Assembly: GCA_963678065.2 (NCBI GenBank)
Contig: CAXXVZ010000005.1
Span: forward strand, 1,200,553-1,264,552
Reading direction: 5' to 3'
DNA from: Treponemataceae bacterium
GTDB lineage: Bacteria > Spirochaetota > Spirochaetia > Treponematales > Rectinemataceae
DNA length: 64,000 bases
This document shows positions 19,387 to 29,617 of the stretch, piece by piece. How positions within the stretch are numbered: position 1 is the first letter of the stretch; the number at the start of each line of letters is the position of its first letter. The translations under genes were made by a program, and so were the position numbers. The notes beneath the pieces are model-generated. The model was not told the origin of the DNA. It saw only the letters and a program-made list of their open reading frames with translations, and ran no database searches.

Positions 19387-20490
19387 ATGAAAGTGCTCCA
19401 TGTGATCAACAGCCTCGAGACTGGAGGCGCCGAGAGACTCGTTTCCGACCTTCTCCCGGCCCTCGCGAGGCGGGGCCTCGATGTCGAGGCCTGCGTGCTG
19501 GCCGCGGATGCGGGTCCATTCGGCGCAAAACTCCTGTCAGAAGGAATTTTCGTCCGCACGGGGCGGCCGGGATCGCTCTACAGCCCCGCGCGCATATCGG
19601 ACGTCGCGCGGGCCATCGAGGCGTCGCGCCCGGACCTCATCCATGTCCACCTGGCTCCGGCCCTGTACTGGACGGTGGCCGCGCTCTGGCGATCAGGGTC
19701 CCGGATTCCCCTCGTCACGACGGAACACACGACTAAGACCAGACGCATGTCCCGCGCGTGGCTGAAGCCAGTGGAGCGGCTCCTCTACCGCCGGGTTTCG
19801 CGGATTGTCTGCGTGAGCCACTCGAGCGCGGCTGCTGTCGGCGCCTGGCTAGGCTCTGATCCGGCTGAGCTTCCGGTCATCGCGAACGGCGTCGAGCTCG
19901 AACCGTTCCGGGGCGCGAAGCCTGCCCGGGACGTCGGAACGTTCCTCGCGGGTCGGCGTGGCGTCGTCATGGCCGCGCGTTTCACGGAGGCGAAGGACCA
20001 CGCGACTCTGATAAAGGCCATGGTCCTTCTTCCGGAAGACTATGCTCTGGTGCTCGCAGGAGAGGGAGTGACGCGGCCCGCGGCCGAGAAGCTCGCGGCC
20101 GATTCCGGCCTCGATGGGCGGGTCCTGTTCGCGGGCGCGCGGAAGGATGTGCCGGAACTGCTCGCGGCCTGCCGCGTCGCCGTGCAGTCTTCACACTGGG
20201 AAGGATTCGGGCTTTCGGCTATCGAGGCAATGGCCGCCGGTTTGCCCGTGGTCGCGAGCGACGTGCCCGGGCTCGCCGATGTCGTAGGGGAGGCCGGAGT
20301 CCTCTTCGCGCGGGAAGACGCGCAGGCTTGCGCCCGCTCGATTCTCGATGTGGCGGAGGAAGGGCGGAAAAGAACGGATGCCATCGCGGCCGGAACGAGG
20401 CGCTCCCTCGGGTTTTCCATGGATCGCTGCGCCGGCGAGTATGCCGCGCTGTACGCCGACGCCATCGCCGCTCCGGGGCTGAATCGCTGA
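19387..20490 (+). CDS. Glycosyltransferase family 4
   Basis: MKVLHVINSLETGGAE, ARF..AKD, SHWEGFGLSAIEAMAAGLPVVASDV.G. Confidence 0.92.
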   Translation: MKVLHVINSLETGGAERLVSDLLPALARRGLDVEACVLAADAGPFGAKLLSEGIFVRTGRPGSLYSPARISDVARAIEASRPDLIHVHLAPALYWTVAALWRSGSRIPLVTTEHTTKTRRMSRAWLKPVERLLYRRVSRIVCVSHSSAAAVGAWLGSDPAELPVIANGVELEPFRGAKPARDVGTFLAGRRGVVMAARFTEAKDHATLIKAMVLLPEDYALVLAGEGVTRPAAEKLAADSGLDGRVLFAGARKDVPELLAACRVAVQSSHWEGFGLSAIEAMAAGLPVVASDVPGLADVVGEAGVLFAREDAQACARSILDVAEEGRKRTDAIAAGTRRSLGFSMDRCAGEYAALYADAIAAPGLNR

Positions 20491-20493
20491 GAC

Positions 20494-20534
20494 CGAAGTC
20501 CCGGGGCCACGCACGATAGGGCCTCGGGACTTCG
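20494..20534. terminator. Stem-loop between convergent glycosyltransferase genes
   Basis: CGAAGTCCCGGGGCC...GGCCTCGGGACTTCG, 15-bp arms with one G-U pair. Confidence 0.55.
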
Positions 20535-20548
20535 ATCCGGGTCGACGA

Positions 20549-21454
20549 TCAGGAAGCCCGAGTGGCGCGGGCTCTGTCCGCAAGCGCCGCCACCGCGCCG
20601 ACAGGCAGGGCGAGGAGAGCGAGCCGCCTTCCCCGCGCCGGAAGTCCCGCGAGGGTGGGCCGGAGCTTCCGGAAATGGATGGCAAAGCGGACCAGGTTTG
20701 CCGCCTCGCGGAGAAGAAGCCTTCCGGGAAAGGGCAGAGCAAGCTCCTCGATGTAGAAGAGGAGGGTTCCCTCGGGATTGCGGAGTCTCAGGTCGAGACT
20801 TCGGGCGGAGAGCCCGTCGGCCCGGTACTCGCAGGAATACAGGATCTCGTTGCTCAGGTAAAGCCTCCAGCCGTCGCGCGCGATCCGGAACCAGACCACG
20901 CACTCCGTGATGAAGCGCTCGCCTTCGAACTCAGGGAAGGGATAGCGGCGCAGCACGTCGGTCTTGAAGGCTTCGGCCTTGTCGCCGCGGATTCTGTCCA
21001 CGAAGGTCAGGGTGGCGGCGTCCCGCGGCCCGGAATCGAGGGGGAGACGCTCTCCGACAAGCTTTCCATCCAGCGTCTGTTTGAGCCCCATGACGCCGCC
21101 GGCTGACGGATCGCCGTCCGCCTGTCGCGCGAGCCGCGCGAGCTTTTCCAGCGAGTCCGCGGGAAGGAGGTCGTCCGAGTCGACGATGAAAATCCAGCTA
21201 CTCCTGACCTCCGGTATGCCCCGGTTGAGGGCTCTGTGCTTGCCGCCGTTCTCGCAGCGAATCGTGCGCACGGGAAAGGAGGATGCCTCGCAGAGCGAGC
21301 TCAGGAGCTGCGCGGTCCCGTCCGTGGAGCCGTCGTCGACCACGAGCCATTCGAAATCGCAAAAGCTCTGTACTTCAAGCGAAGCCGCGAGGCGAGGAAG
21401 GGTCTCGGCCCTGTTGTATGTCGGCGTGAGGACGGTGATGTAGGGCGCACTCAT
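20549..21454 (-). CDS. Glycosyltransferase family 2
   Basis: TPTYNRA, VDDGSTD, NGGKH.A.N, VDSDD, GDKAE, FP.F.GE.F. Confidence 0.92.
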   Translation of the reverse strand: MSAPYITVLTPTYNRAETLPRLAASLEVQSFCDFEWLVVDDGSTDGTAQLLSSLCEASSFPVRTIRCENGGKHRALNRGIPEVRSSWIFIVDSDDLLPADSLEKLARLARQADGDPSAGGVMGLKQTLDGKLVGERLPLDSGPRDAATLTFVDRIRGDKAEAFKTDVLRRYPFPEFEGERFITECVVWFRIARDGWRLYLSNEILYSCEYRADGLSARSLDLRLRNPEGTLLFYIEELALPFPGRLLLREAANLVRFAIHFRKLRPTLAGLPARGRRLALLALPVGAVAALADRARATRAS

Positions 21455-21654
21455 GGCGGGGCTCCTTGTCGTTCGGGCTGCAATCCCTCGCGGCGGAAGA
21501 TTTCCTGAATGGGTCCTCCCGCAACTTCTTGTCAGAATACTTGATACCTGGCGGCTTTCGCCACGCCCCGGCGCGGTGGTTTTCACATGCCGGCGGATGG
21601 TCTATAGTTTGGAGCGGCGAACCCGCGGCGCGGGCTTTTGTGAAAAGGAAGTGC

Positions 21655-22623
21655 ATGGGCGCATACGAAAGGATTCTGAAAAGCCTCTCGAGGGTCGGCG
21701 CGGCGGGCTTGTTCGAAAAGTACCTCGCGGCGCGGACGGCGGGGCATTACATCCGGGCGCTCGGGTATCACGGCACGCCAGCCTCCTCGCTTCCGCTGTT
21801 GAGGCGCCATTTCGAGTACATCGGAAAACACTTCGACCCTGTCGACGAAAACAGCCTCGCCGCCTTCCTTTCGGGAAGCCGGACCGGAGGGGGAGGCCAG
21901 GCGCGGAAGAGGCCCGGAGCCATCATCAGCTTCGACGATGGACTTTGCGACAACTACGAAGTAGCCGCCCCGCTTCTGGAAGAGTTCGGCCTTGTCGGCT
22001 GGTTTTTCGTGACTTCCACCCTGCCGGGGCTTCCAGCCGAAGAACAGGAAGGCTTCTGCCGCGACCGGACTATCCGCGCGGGCGGATTCAGCAGCAGCGG
22101 CGGCACCGGCGCGGGAGGAGGAAAGCGGGTCGGGATGGATTGGGCGGAAATCCGCGATCTCGCCGCCCGCGGCCATGTCATCGGCTGCCACACGGCCACC
22201 CACATGCGGTTCATGGCGGGGACGAAGCCGGATATCATGGAGCGGGAACTGGCCGAATCCCGCGAGAGGATGCGCCGCGAGCTCGGGCGCGCTCCCGGAG
22301 CCTTCGCCTGGGTCGGCGGGGAAAGCGTTTCGACCTACGATCCCTGTGGCTTCCTGGCGATCAAAGAGGCCGGCTTCCGCTTCGCCTTCACGACCAAATC
22401 CTGCCCCATCCTCCCTGGCGCCGATCCCCTTGTCCTGCACAGGACGATCATCGACTCGGATACGGATTTCGATGTGTTTTGCATGAAAATCTCGGGAATT
22501 TCCGACCTTGCCCACCGGAAAACCCGGAAACAGATCGAGGAAGGCTTCCGGACCGGTCCGGAAAGGGCTGGGCTTCCGGCAACGGGCGGCAATGCTCCGG
22601 GCCCCGGAGACACATCGTCGTGA
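21655..22623 (+). CDS. Polysaccharide deacetylase (CE4/NodB)
   Basis: LGYH, ISFDDG, M.W.EIRDL...GH.IGCHT.TH, ELAESR. Confidence 0.88.
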   Translation: MGAYERILKSLSRVGAAGLFEKYLAARTAGHYIRALGYHGTPASSLPLLRRHFEYIGKHFDPVDENSLAAFLSGSRTGGGGQARKRPGAIISFDDGLCDNYEVAAPLLEEFGLVGWFFVTSTLPGLPAEEQEGFCRDRTIRAGGFSSSGGTGAGGGKRVGMDWAEIRDLAARGHVIGCHTATHMRFMAGTKPDIMERELAESRERMRRELGRAPGAFAWVGGESVSTYDPCGFLAIKEAGFRFAFTTKSCPILPGADPLVLHRTIIDSDTDFDVFCMKISGISDLAHRKTRKQIEEGFRTGPERAGLPATGGNAPGPGDTSS

Positions 22624-23825
22624 ACCATTCCGTCCTCTCCGGCTTCGGGCTGCGATTCGAAGTTTTTCCCGGCCTCGCGGATGCGAGAGAGGTCTGGAAG
22701 GCTCTCGAGTCCCGGTGCAGGCCCTATCCCTTCCAGAGACTGGCCTGGATGGAATGCTGGATGGACACGGCGGGAAGCGCCCAGGGATACAGTCCGCGCC
22801 CCGTCCTCGTGACCGATCCCGCGGGCAGGAGAGCGCTGTTCCCCTTTGCGGTCTCGCGGCGGAGAGGCTTGCGCGTCCTCGTTTGGGCCGGCGCCGGCGT
22901 CTCGGACTACGGCGCTCCCATCGTCGAGCCTGGTTTTTCGGGCGATTCCGGGGAATTCGCCGCCGTATTTTGCGCGGCCGGGAAAGAGCTGCGCTGCGAC
23001 GCGGTGCTGCTCGAAAAAATACCCGCCCTCCTGGCCGACGGAAGACCCAACCCCGCCTGCGACAGCCATTTCGCCCTCCACCATGTCCGCGCCCATTCCA
23101 TGCAGGCGCCGGCGGACATGGACGCATTCTTCACCGCGCGCTTCGGCGCGAAGACGCGCTACAATCTGCGGCGGGCCGAAAAGAAACTCGCGGAGGAAGC
23201 CCGGCGGAATCCTTCGCGGGACGCCGGGTGCGGGGCCGCGCACAATGCCCCACTGCCGGTTCTCCGCGTTGCCGGCGAAACGGAAGAGGGAGAAAAAATT
23301 CTCGATGTCCTCCTCTCGCAGAAGCGCGGGCGCTACCGGCTGACCCGGGAGAAAGATCCCTTCGCCGCTCCGGGGGTGGAGGCCTTCTATCGCGAAGCCT
23401 GGGCCCGCAGATTGCCGGGCGTGGAAATCTCCGCCCTGGCCGCGGGGGAGAGGATTTTTGCGGCGCACTGGGGCGTGAGAGAGGAAGATACATTGTATGT
23501 CCTCCTGCCCTCCTTCGAGTCGGGGGAAGTGTCGAAGCACTCGCCCGGCCTTCTGCTCGCGCTGAAACTGATCGAATCCTGCGCGAGTACCGGCACCGCA
23601 CACATCGATTTTACGGTCGGGGATGAGGCATACAAGGAAAAACTCTGCAGCGAGAGCATGGAACTCCGCAGATATTCCCGCGGGACGAGCCTCCGCGGGA
23701 AGCTGTTCGTCGCATTCGATCTCGGAAAAGAAAAACTGAAGCGCAACCCCGCAATACTCGGATGCGTCCGGCTCGTCAGAAAGAAAGTCAGGGAAATGAA
23801 GGAAAATCTGCATGGAAATCGGTAA
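22620..23825 (+). CDS. GNAT family acyltransferase (CelD/BcsL-like)
   Basis: PFQ...W...W, SDYGAP, R..LRR..KKL, SPGLLL, DF.VGDE.YK; GTGA overlap. Confidence 0.85.
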   Translation: MNHSVLSGFGLRFEVFPGLADAREVWKALESRCRPYPFQRLAWMECWMDTAGSAQGYSPRPVLVTDPAGRRALFPFAVSRRRGLRVLVWAGAGVSDYGAPIVEPGFSGDSGEFAAVFCAAGKELRCDAVLLEKIPALLADGRPNPACDSHFALHHVRAHSMQAPADMDAFFTARFGAKTRYNLRRAEKKLAEEARRNPSRDAGCGAAHNAPLPVLRVAGETEEGEKILDVLLSQKRGRYRLTREKDPFAAPGVEAFYREAWARRLPGVEISALAAGERIFAAHWGVREEDTLYVLLPSFESGEVSKHSPGLLLALKLIESCASTGTAHIDFTVGDEAYKEKLCSESMELRRYSRGTSLRGKLFVAFDLGKEKLKRNPAILGCVRLVRKKVREMKENLHGNR

Positions 23826-25329
23826 CACTGCCCGCTCAGGAAGGCTTTTCCCCGGAGCGATCGCCTTCTTCGTCCTCGCGCTCCTCGTGTGCCCGCAGCC
23901 TGCGGGGGCTCAGAGGATGCTCAAGGTCCTCAATTCGGGGCCGTATGTGATACGGACCGTCCGCTACGAGATCGATGGGGCGACGCGGGAGTTTGTCCTG
24001 GCCGCGAAGGCCGGGATAGAGATCGGGCGGAGGTTCCCCGATCACGCTGTGCTCGAGGCCTATCTCGTGGACAGACAGATGCTTCTGCACAACGAGCGCG
24101 TCCTCGAATCCGTGAAAATAAGCTATTCGACCGAGCTGCTCGCCTCGGGAGATGTCGCCGTCGACGTCGTCGTGAAGACGAAGGATACCTGGAACCTCAT
24201 CGCCCTGCCGTATGTGAGGTTCGACTCGAACGACGGGCTCACGCTGTCCGCGAAGGGACGGAATTACAATTTTCTGGGATCGATGCGCCCCCTCGCGCTC
24301 GACATCGAGTACCTGCGCACGCTCGCCGGCAAGTCGGCCTACACGCTCAAAGGCGATTTCAGTCTGCCGTTCCAGGCTTTCGGACGGTTGTGGTCCTGGG
24401 AATTGGCACAGGAGCTCGTCGTGTGGCCGGATCAGAAGTTTCCAGTTTCAATTACAGGACTCGACCTGTCCGTGGAGCTGCCGACGCGGTTTTTCCCTCT
24501 GACCCTCACGGCTTCGCAGGATGTCCTGTTCCACGAGGAGAAAGATGCCGACACCGATGCCTACTACCTCGCGAGCGGCCTGAAAGCCTCGACCACCGTC
24601 CCGACGGGACTCGCCGCCGGCCATTTCGGGAGAATCCTGTACAAGCCCAGCCTGAGTTTTGTCGAGAACTGGAAATTCTCAGGCATGGTCCGCGATGACA
24701 GAATCGGGCCGACCCTGACGATGTCGCATGACTTCGATTTCGGCAGGGTGGACTGGCAGGGGAACCTGCGCTCGGGCCTCGCAGGCAAGTTTACGGACAG
24801 CAACACCTACAATTTTTTCAAGGACGATGTGACAGTGAATGTCGACGCGACCCTGCGCGGCTATCTCGCCGCGGGGACTGAGGCGGGCGTCGCCGCGCGG
24901 CTCACAGGGTTCAACGTGACAGGCACCGTTCCCCGCGAGGATGTCGGCTCGAACATGCGCGGCATCATCGACTCGCGCATGAACGGATTTTTCGGTCTGT
25001 TCTTCAACCTGAACCTGCCGTTGAAAATCATGCAGTTCCCCTTGCACGCGATCATCGGCAAAAACTGGCTGGATTTCGAACTCCAGGTTTCGCCATTCTT
25101 CGATTACGGACTCCTGAAGGAGTCGCCGGGCAATCTCGCGAAGGTCAAACCCTGGTTCTCCGGCGGGCTCGAAGTCTACGCCTACCCGGCGGTCATGCGC
25201 TCTTTCATTGTGCGGGCCAGCGCCGGCTTCGATCTCGGACATCTCTCGGCGGGCAGTGGACTCGACGTATTGACCGCCGATGGGTATAGCCCGTATGAAC
25301 TCTATATCGGCGTCGGGCTCATGTTCTAG
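23812..25329 (+). CDS. Outer-membrane protein with POTRA-like N-terminus and predicted beta-barrel
   Basis: Signal peptide; V.V.TKDTWNLIALPY, NFLG; alternating beta-strand pattern; C-terminal LYIGVGLMF beta-signal. Confidence 0.7.
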   Translation: MEIGNTARSGRLFPGAIAFFVLALLVCPQPAGAQRMLKVLNSGPYVIRTVRYEIDGATREFVLAAKAGIEIGRRFPDHAVLEAYLVDRQMLLHNERVLESVKISYSTELLASGDVAVDVVVKTKDTWNLIALPYVRFDSNDGLTLSAKGRNYNFLGSMRPLALDIEYLRTLAGKSAYTLKGDFSLPFQAFGRLWSWELAQELVVWPDQKFPVSITGLDLSVELPTRFFPLTLTASQDVLFHEEKDADTDAYYLASGLKASTTVPTGLAAGHFGRILYKPSLSFVENWKFSGMVRDDRIGPTLTMSHDFDFGRVDWQGNLRSGLAGKFTDSNTYNFFKDDVTVNVDATLRGYLAAGTEAGVAARLTGFNVTGTVPREDVGSNMRGIIDSRMNGFFGLFFNLNLPLKIMQFPLHAIIGKNWLDFELQVSPFFDYGLLKESPGNLAKVKPWFSGGLEVYAYPAVMRSFIVRASAGFDLGHLSAGSGLDVLTADGYSPYELYIGVGLMF

Positions 25330-25352
25330 GCCGAACCGCGGGAAGAGGAGAT

Positions 25353-27035
25353 ATGATGAGAATATCCAGAGGGAAAATCATCGGCGCGCTCTGCGCCTTT
25401 TCGGCGCTGTTGGCCACGCAAGCCGTGCAGGCCATCCCCGCAAACGCGGGCTTCGCGACGGACGAGGTCGCTGCCGTGGGGTCGGTCGCGGGAGACACGG
25501 TAGGGGGCATGGAGTCCCCGGAGGGCGCAGGCGAGATCTACACCGGCGTTGCGGCCGGAGTCGAGGGAGTGTACTCGAAGAACATGTTCGCCGACGGCAG
25601 TCCGGCCTACGGGCTGCCCGACAGCGGCAGCTCTTCGGGGTACGCGGCCTCGTGGCTCAAGAGCCCTTCGGCCCACGGATGGGTTTCGTTCAAACACCTT
25701 TCCAAATACCTGGACGTCATCGCGACGGTGTCGGTACACATGGACGGCAAGTACGGCGCCTTCCTCGCCGATATCCCCGGGGGGCGCACATCCTATTATT
25801 TCACGCTCGACGAGGGCGGCGTCGGCACGACGCTCGGCCCGCTCTCGCTGAAGGCGGGGCGCCTGCGCCACTACGACATCGTCGATACGCCCTACTCCCT
25901 CGCCGTCAACTCGCGCGGGATCGCGGCACCCCTCGTCAACCTGGCCTACGACGACGGCTTCTTCTTCTACGAGACGCGCTGGGTGCAGCTCAACAGCGGC
26001 TCGAACCAGAAGACCGAAGCCTGGCCGGAGGGCTTTCCCGACCGCGGGGTCAGCTTCAAGATTTACGGGCTCAAATTCAAGCTCAAGGACGACGGGCTCC
26101 TCAGGTTCGGCTACCAGGACATCTCGGTCTACTCCCAGAGAAGTTTCGACCTCGAGTATTTCCTGAGCCCGATCCCCACGAATCTCACGCAGTACGTGAA
26201 ATACATGTTCGGCCGCCCCTGGTCGGATGGCAACAACGACAACACTCTCATGGCCTTCTTCGCCGATTACGTCAAGCCGGGGAAGTATTCGCTCGTGGGA
26301 CAGTTCCTCCTCGACGACGCAGGGCTCGGATACTGGTTCCCCGGCTGGTCAAAGAATCCCTGGCAGATGGCCCTCACTCTCGGAGGGCGGCTCGAGACGA
26401 AGGCGGGCAGTTTCGGTCTCTACGCGGCGGGCGCCACGAAGTACACATTCGAGCCCAACCAGACTATCGGCGACAACAGCACTCTCGCGGGCGACGCGTA
26501 CGGGTACACCTACTATCCCGACACGCGGTTCTACGATTGGCTGGATGGGGCGTCCTCGCCTGTTTATTCCGCCCTCTCCACCGAGGACAACATGATCGGC
26601 TACAAGTACGGCGAGAACAACCTCGCCGTCAAGCTCGACTGGCGGAAGAAGGTCGCGGAGGTCAATCTCGGGGCGGGCATCGAGTTCCGGCTTTCAGGCG
26701 AGAACAGTGTCACCAATCCCTGGCACGATTACCGGACCCAGATCGACGGGACCTACTGGCTCGACGACAGCGTGCTCGAGAAGCGGATACTGTTCGATTT
26801 CAGCGCCTCGAAGCGGCTCGGGAATTTCACTCTGTACGGCTCGGTCGACGCCGGCGTGGCCATCGACGCCTTCAGGCTCTCCGCCCCTGTCAAGCCGAGC
26901 GGCGTCACGGACGCGGAGTGGGCGACCTGGAGCACGGTGGACAGGTACAGCTACATTTACCGCCCCACCGCGGGGGTCATCGACCCGATCCTTCGGGTGA
27001 AGATAGGCCTCTCCTACGCGCTCGGGCTGCGCTGA
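25353..27035 (+). CDS. Outer-membrane beta-barrel protein, capsule-assembly Wzi-like
   Basis: Signal peptide; aromatic-rich; LKAGR, RFGYQD.SVY, DNTLMAFF.DY, GQFLLDD, IGYKYG.N. Confidence 0.55.
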   Translation: MMRISRGKIIGALCAFSALLATQAVQAIPANAGFATDEVAAVGSVAGDTVGGMESPEGAGEIYTGVAAGVEGVYSKNMFADGSPAYGLPDSGSSSGYAASWLKSPSAHGWVSFKHLSKYLDVIATVSVHMDGKYGAFLADIPGGRTSYYFTLDEGGVGTTLGPLSLKAGRLRHYDIVDTPYSLAVNSRGIAAPLVNLAYDDGFFFYETRWVQLNSGSNQKTEAWPEGFPDRGVSFKIYGLKFKLKDDGLLRFGYQDISVYSQRSFDLEYFLSPIPTNLTQYVKYMFGRPWSDGNNDNTLMAFFADYVKPGKYSLVGQFLLDDAGLGYWFPGWSKNPWQMALTLGGRLETKAGSFGLYAAGATKYTFEPNQTIGDNSTLAGDAYGYTYYPDTRFYDWLDGASSPVYSALSTEDNMIGYKYGENNLAVKLDWRKKVAEVNLGAGIEFRLSGENSVTNPWHDYRTQIDGTYWLDDSVLEKRILFDFSASKRLGNFTLYGSVDAGVAIDAFRLSAPVKPSGVTDAEWATWSTVDRYSYIYRPTAGVIDPILRVKIGLSYALGLR

Positions 27036-27052
27036 AACGCAAAGGAGAGGAA

Positions 27053-28075
27053 ATGGCGGGATTGAGGATCGAGAATCTCGGCGAGAAGACCCGTGTCGTG
27101 CTCGGGCCGACCAATCTCGGAATCTGCGAGGCGGGCGGCGCGGGAGGGCGATCCGGAAACGATGTCGTCCTCATCGACTCCGGCAACGACGAGGACGCGG
27201 GCCGCAAGGTTCTGCGCGCCTGCGAGGCCGAGAGCAAGCGGATCGGGATGATCGTCAACACGCACTCCAACGCCGACCACTGCGGGGGCAACGCCTTCAT
27301 ACAGGCGCGGACAGCGTGCAGGATCGCGGCGACGCGGATCGAGGCGGCCTTCATCGAGACCCCGAGCCTCGAGCCTTCCTGCCTCTGGGGCGGCTTTCCT
27401 CCCCCTGCCCTGCGCTCGAAATTCCTGATGGCCCAGGCTTCGCGCGTGAGCGACATTCTCGAGCCACCATGCCAGGTGCCGGAACTCGGGGCGGCGGCCG
27501 AAGCGGGTGCAGCGGCCGAAGCGGCCGAAGCGGGGTCGACCGGCCCGGCATCCGCGGCGGACGCGGCTGCCGGGGAGTCTTTCAATGCCGGATGCCGGGG
27601 TCTCCGGGCCATACCCTTGCCGGGGCATTTTTACGGCATGGTCGGCATCATGACGGAAGATGGGGTCTTCTTCGCGGCGGACGCGGTCGCGAGCGTCGAA
27701 ATCCTGCAGAAGTACCACATTTTTTACCTCTATGACGTGGCGGCCCATCTCTCCACCCTCGACATGCTCGAGAAGCTCGAGGCTGAATGGTTTGTGCCGA
27801 GCCACGCCGCACCGACGAGAGACATAGCGCCGACAGTGAGGGCCAACCGCGACAAACTCTTCGAGGTAGCCGACTTTATCCGAATTTCGTGTAACGAGCC
27901 GGAGACGGCCGAAAATCTCCTCGCCGGCCTCGCAAACCATTACGGAATCGAACTCAACAACAGCCAGCACTCCCTCGTCGGCTCGACCTTGCGCTCCATG
28001 CTCGCCTGGCTCGTCGGCGGGAAGGAAATCGTCTCCGCGATCGAAGGGAACAGGATGTTTTTCCGGAAGGCATGA
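27053..28075 (+). CDS. MBL-fold metallo-hydrolase
   Basis: LIDSG, THSNADHCGGN, LPGH, F.AD, VPSH; SD AAGGAGAGG. Confidence 0.9.
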   Translation: MAGLRIENLGEKTRVVLGPTNLGICEAGGAGGRSGNDVVLIDSGNDEDAGRKVLRACEAESKRIGMIVNTHSNADHCGGNAFIQARTACRIAATRIEAAFIETPSLEPSCLWGGFPPPALRSKFLMAQASRVSDILEPPCQVPELGAAAEAGAAAEAAEAGSTGPASAADAAAGESFNAGCRGLRAIPLPGHFYGMVGIMTEDGVFFAADAVASVEILQKYHIFYLYDVAAHLSTLDMLEKLEAEWFVPSHAAPTRDIAPTVRANRDKLFEVADFIRISCNEPETAENLLAGLANHYGIELNNSQHSLVGSTLRSMLAWLVGGKEIVSAIEGNRMFFRKA

Positions 28076-28174
28076 GCGGGCGCCGAAGAGGCTTCCTTCG
28101 GATATTCAAACTTTGATCTTCCTTTTCCAAAGCTCTGCGCCGGAAGTCGCGTTTTGACATAGTCTCGTTTCTCC

Positions 28175-28203
28175 TTGCACGCGCCTTTGCCGAGCCATAC
28201 AAT
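28175..28203 (+). promoter_or_regulatory. Sigma-70 promoter of the C69 peptidase gene
   Basis: TTGCAC-N17-TACAAT followed by SD GGAGG. Confidence 0.6.
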
Positions 28204-28226
28204 CGAGGGTCGACGGGGAGGATAGC

Positions 28227-29561
28227 ATGTGCGACACCTTGTATTCGGCGGCGATGGCATCCGCGGCCGCGGCATCGGCTTTCGCGGGTACTGGAGCGGG
28301 CCCGGGGTCCGGCGTGAGAGTCGGCAATTCCTATTTCGCCAAAAATTCCGACAGGAACCCCGCTGAGCCGCAATCCGTCTGCGTGATCCCCGAACGGGCT
28401 CCGGCCGCTTCCACGACAGTGGGCGGGCGCAGCTCCGACGCGGCGGACAAGGGCTTCGCCTTCCTCCTCTCCAAGCCGTCCTGGATGGCCGGCGGCGAGA
28501 TGGGGGTCAATTCCCGCGGTCTGGCCATCGGCAACGAGGCCGTCTTCGCGAGGACAAAAGCCAAGGATGACGGGGTCCTCGGCATGGACATCCTGCGCGC
28601 CGCCCTCGGCTCTTCGGCCACGGCCAAGGAGGCCGTCGATTTCATCTGTGGCTTCACTGAAAAGAACGAACAGGGCGGCAACGGCGCTTTCAGGGGCAAA
28701 CTCGTCTACTCCAACAGCTACCTCGTCGCCGACCCCGAGGGCGCTTACATCGTCGAGACCGCGGGAAAACGCTGGGCCTGGCGCCAGACAAATGTCGTCG
28801 ACAGCATTTCGAACGCCTACGCGATCGAGGAGGATTACAAGCGCCTCGATGCCCAGACGCGGAAAGAAATAGCGCCTGTCAACGAGCGGGCAGCCTGCTC
28901 GGACGAGGCTGACCCCGGCCGCAAGGGCGTCAAGGAATCCTGGAAGGCCCACTTCGAGAGCCGCTTCTACCTGCGCTTCACGAAGGGGGAAGAGCGGCGC
29001 GCCGCATCGCTTTCGGCTCTCGAGTCGGCGCGCGGCAGGATCGACGCGGCGAAGGTTTTCGGCATCCTGCGGTCTCACCTCGAATACGATCCCGCCCATC
29101 CACTGCGCCGGCACATGGAAAGCCTCTGCATCCATGCCGGATTCGGTCCGGCCAACAGCGCGACGACGGCGAGCCTCGCCGTAGAATACCGCCCTCGCGG
29201 CTCCGCGATGATCTGGTTCACGGGCACTTCCTATCCCTGCGTCTCCCTCTACAAGCCGGTTCTCCTCGCTGGCGGAGTCTTCATCCCCCTGTGGTCGGGC
29301 TATGACTTCGCCGAAAACGCGCCCGCCTCGATCGAGTACTGGATGCGGCAGAAGGCGCGGATCGACCACGGGGTGGGGCTCAGGGCGAGCGCCGCTCCGG
29401 ACTCGGCGGACTTCATTGCGAGACGGGACAGGCTCCAGCGGGAACTCATCGATGCCGTCGCGGGACTCGACGGGGCGGATTCCGACGGCTCCGGGGCAGT
29501 CGATGCCGTGCGCGCCCGCGTCGACGCGACTGTGGCGGAGTGGGAGAAAACCTTCATATAG
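28227..29561 (+). CDS. C69 family dipeptidase / secernin-like Ntn hydrolase
   Basis: N-terminal MCDT nucleophile, FAKNSDR.P.E, KPSW..GGEMGVN..G.AIGNEA, GMD.LR.AL, NSYL.AD, PCVS.YKP. Confidence 0.9.
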   Translation: MCDTLYSAAMASAAAASAFAGTGAGPGSGVRVGNSYFAKNSDRNPAEPQSVCVIPERAPAASTTVGGRSSDAADKGFAFLLSKPSWMAGGEMGVNSRGLAIGNEAVFARTKAKDDGVLGMDILRAALGSSATAKEAVDFICGFTEKNEQGGNGAFRGKLVYSNSYLVADPEGAYIVETAGKRWAWRQTNVVDSISNAYAIEEDYKRLDAQTRKEIAPVNERAACSDEADPGRKGVKESWKAHFESRFYLRFTKGEERRAASLSALESARGRIDAAKVFGILRSHLEYDPAHPLRRHMESLCIHAGFGPANSATTASLAVEYRPRGSAMIWFTGTSYPCVSLYKPVLLAGGVFIPLWSGYDFAENAPASIEYWMRQKARIDHGVGLRASAAPDSADFIARRDRLQRELIDAVAGLDGADSDGSGAVDAVRARVDATVAEWEKTFI

Positions 29562-29617
29562 GCCACTAGCCTTCGGGTGCTTGTGTATCATGAGTGATGG
29601 AAAGGGGGAAGCAGTTC

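Noticed and set aside
21453..28075. 790-aa (21453-23825) and 931-aa (25280-28075) ORFs as giant fusion proteins
   Set aside because: Their N-terminal parts are off-frame overlaps of the deacetylase and Wzi-like genes; the real starts are 22620 and 27053.
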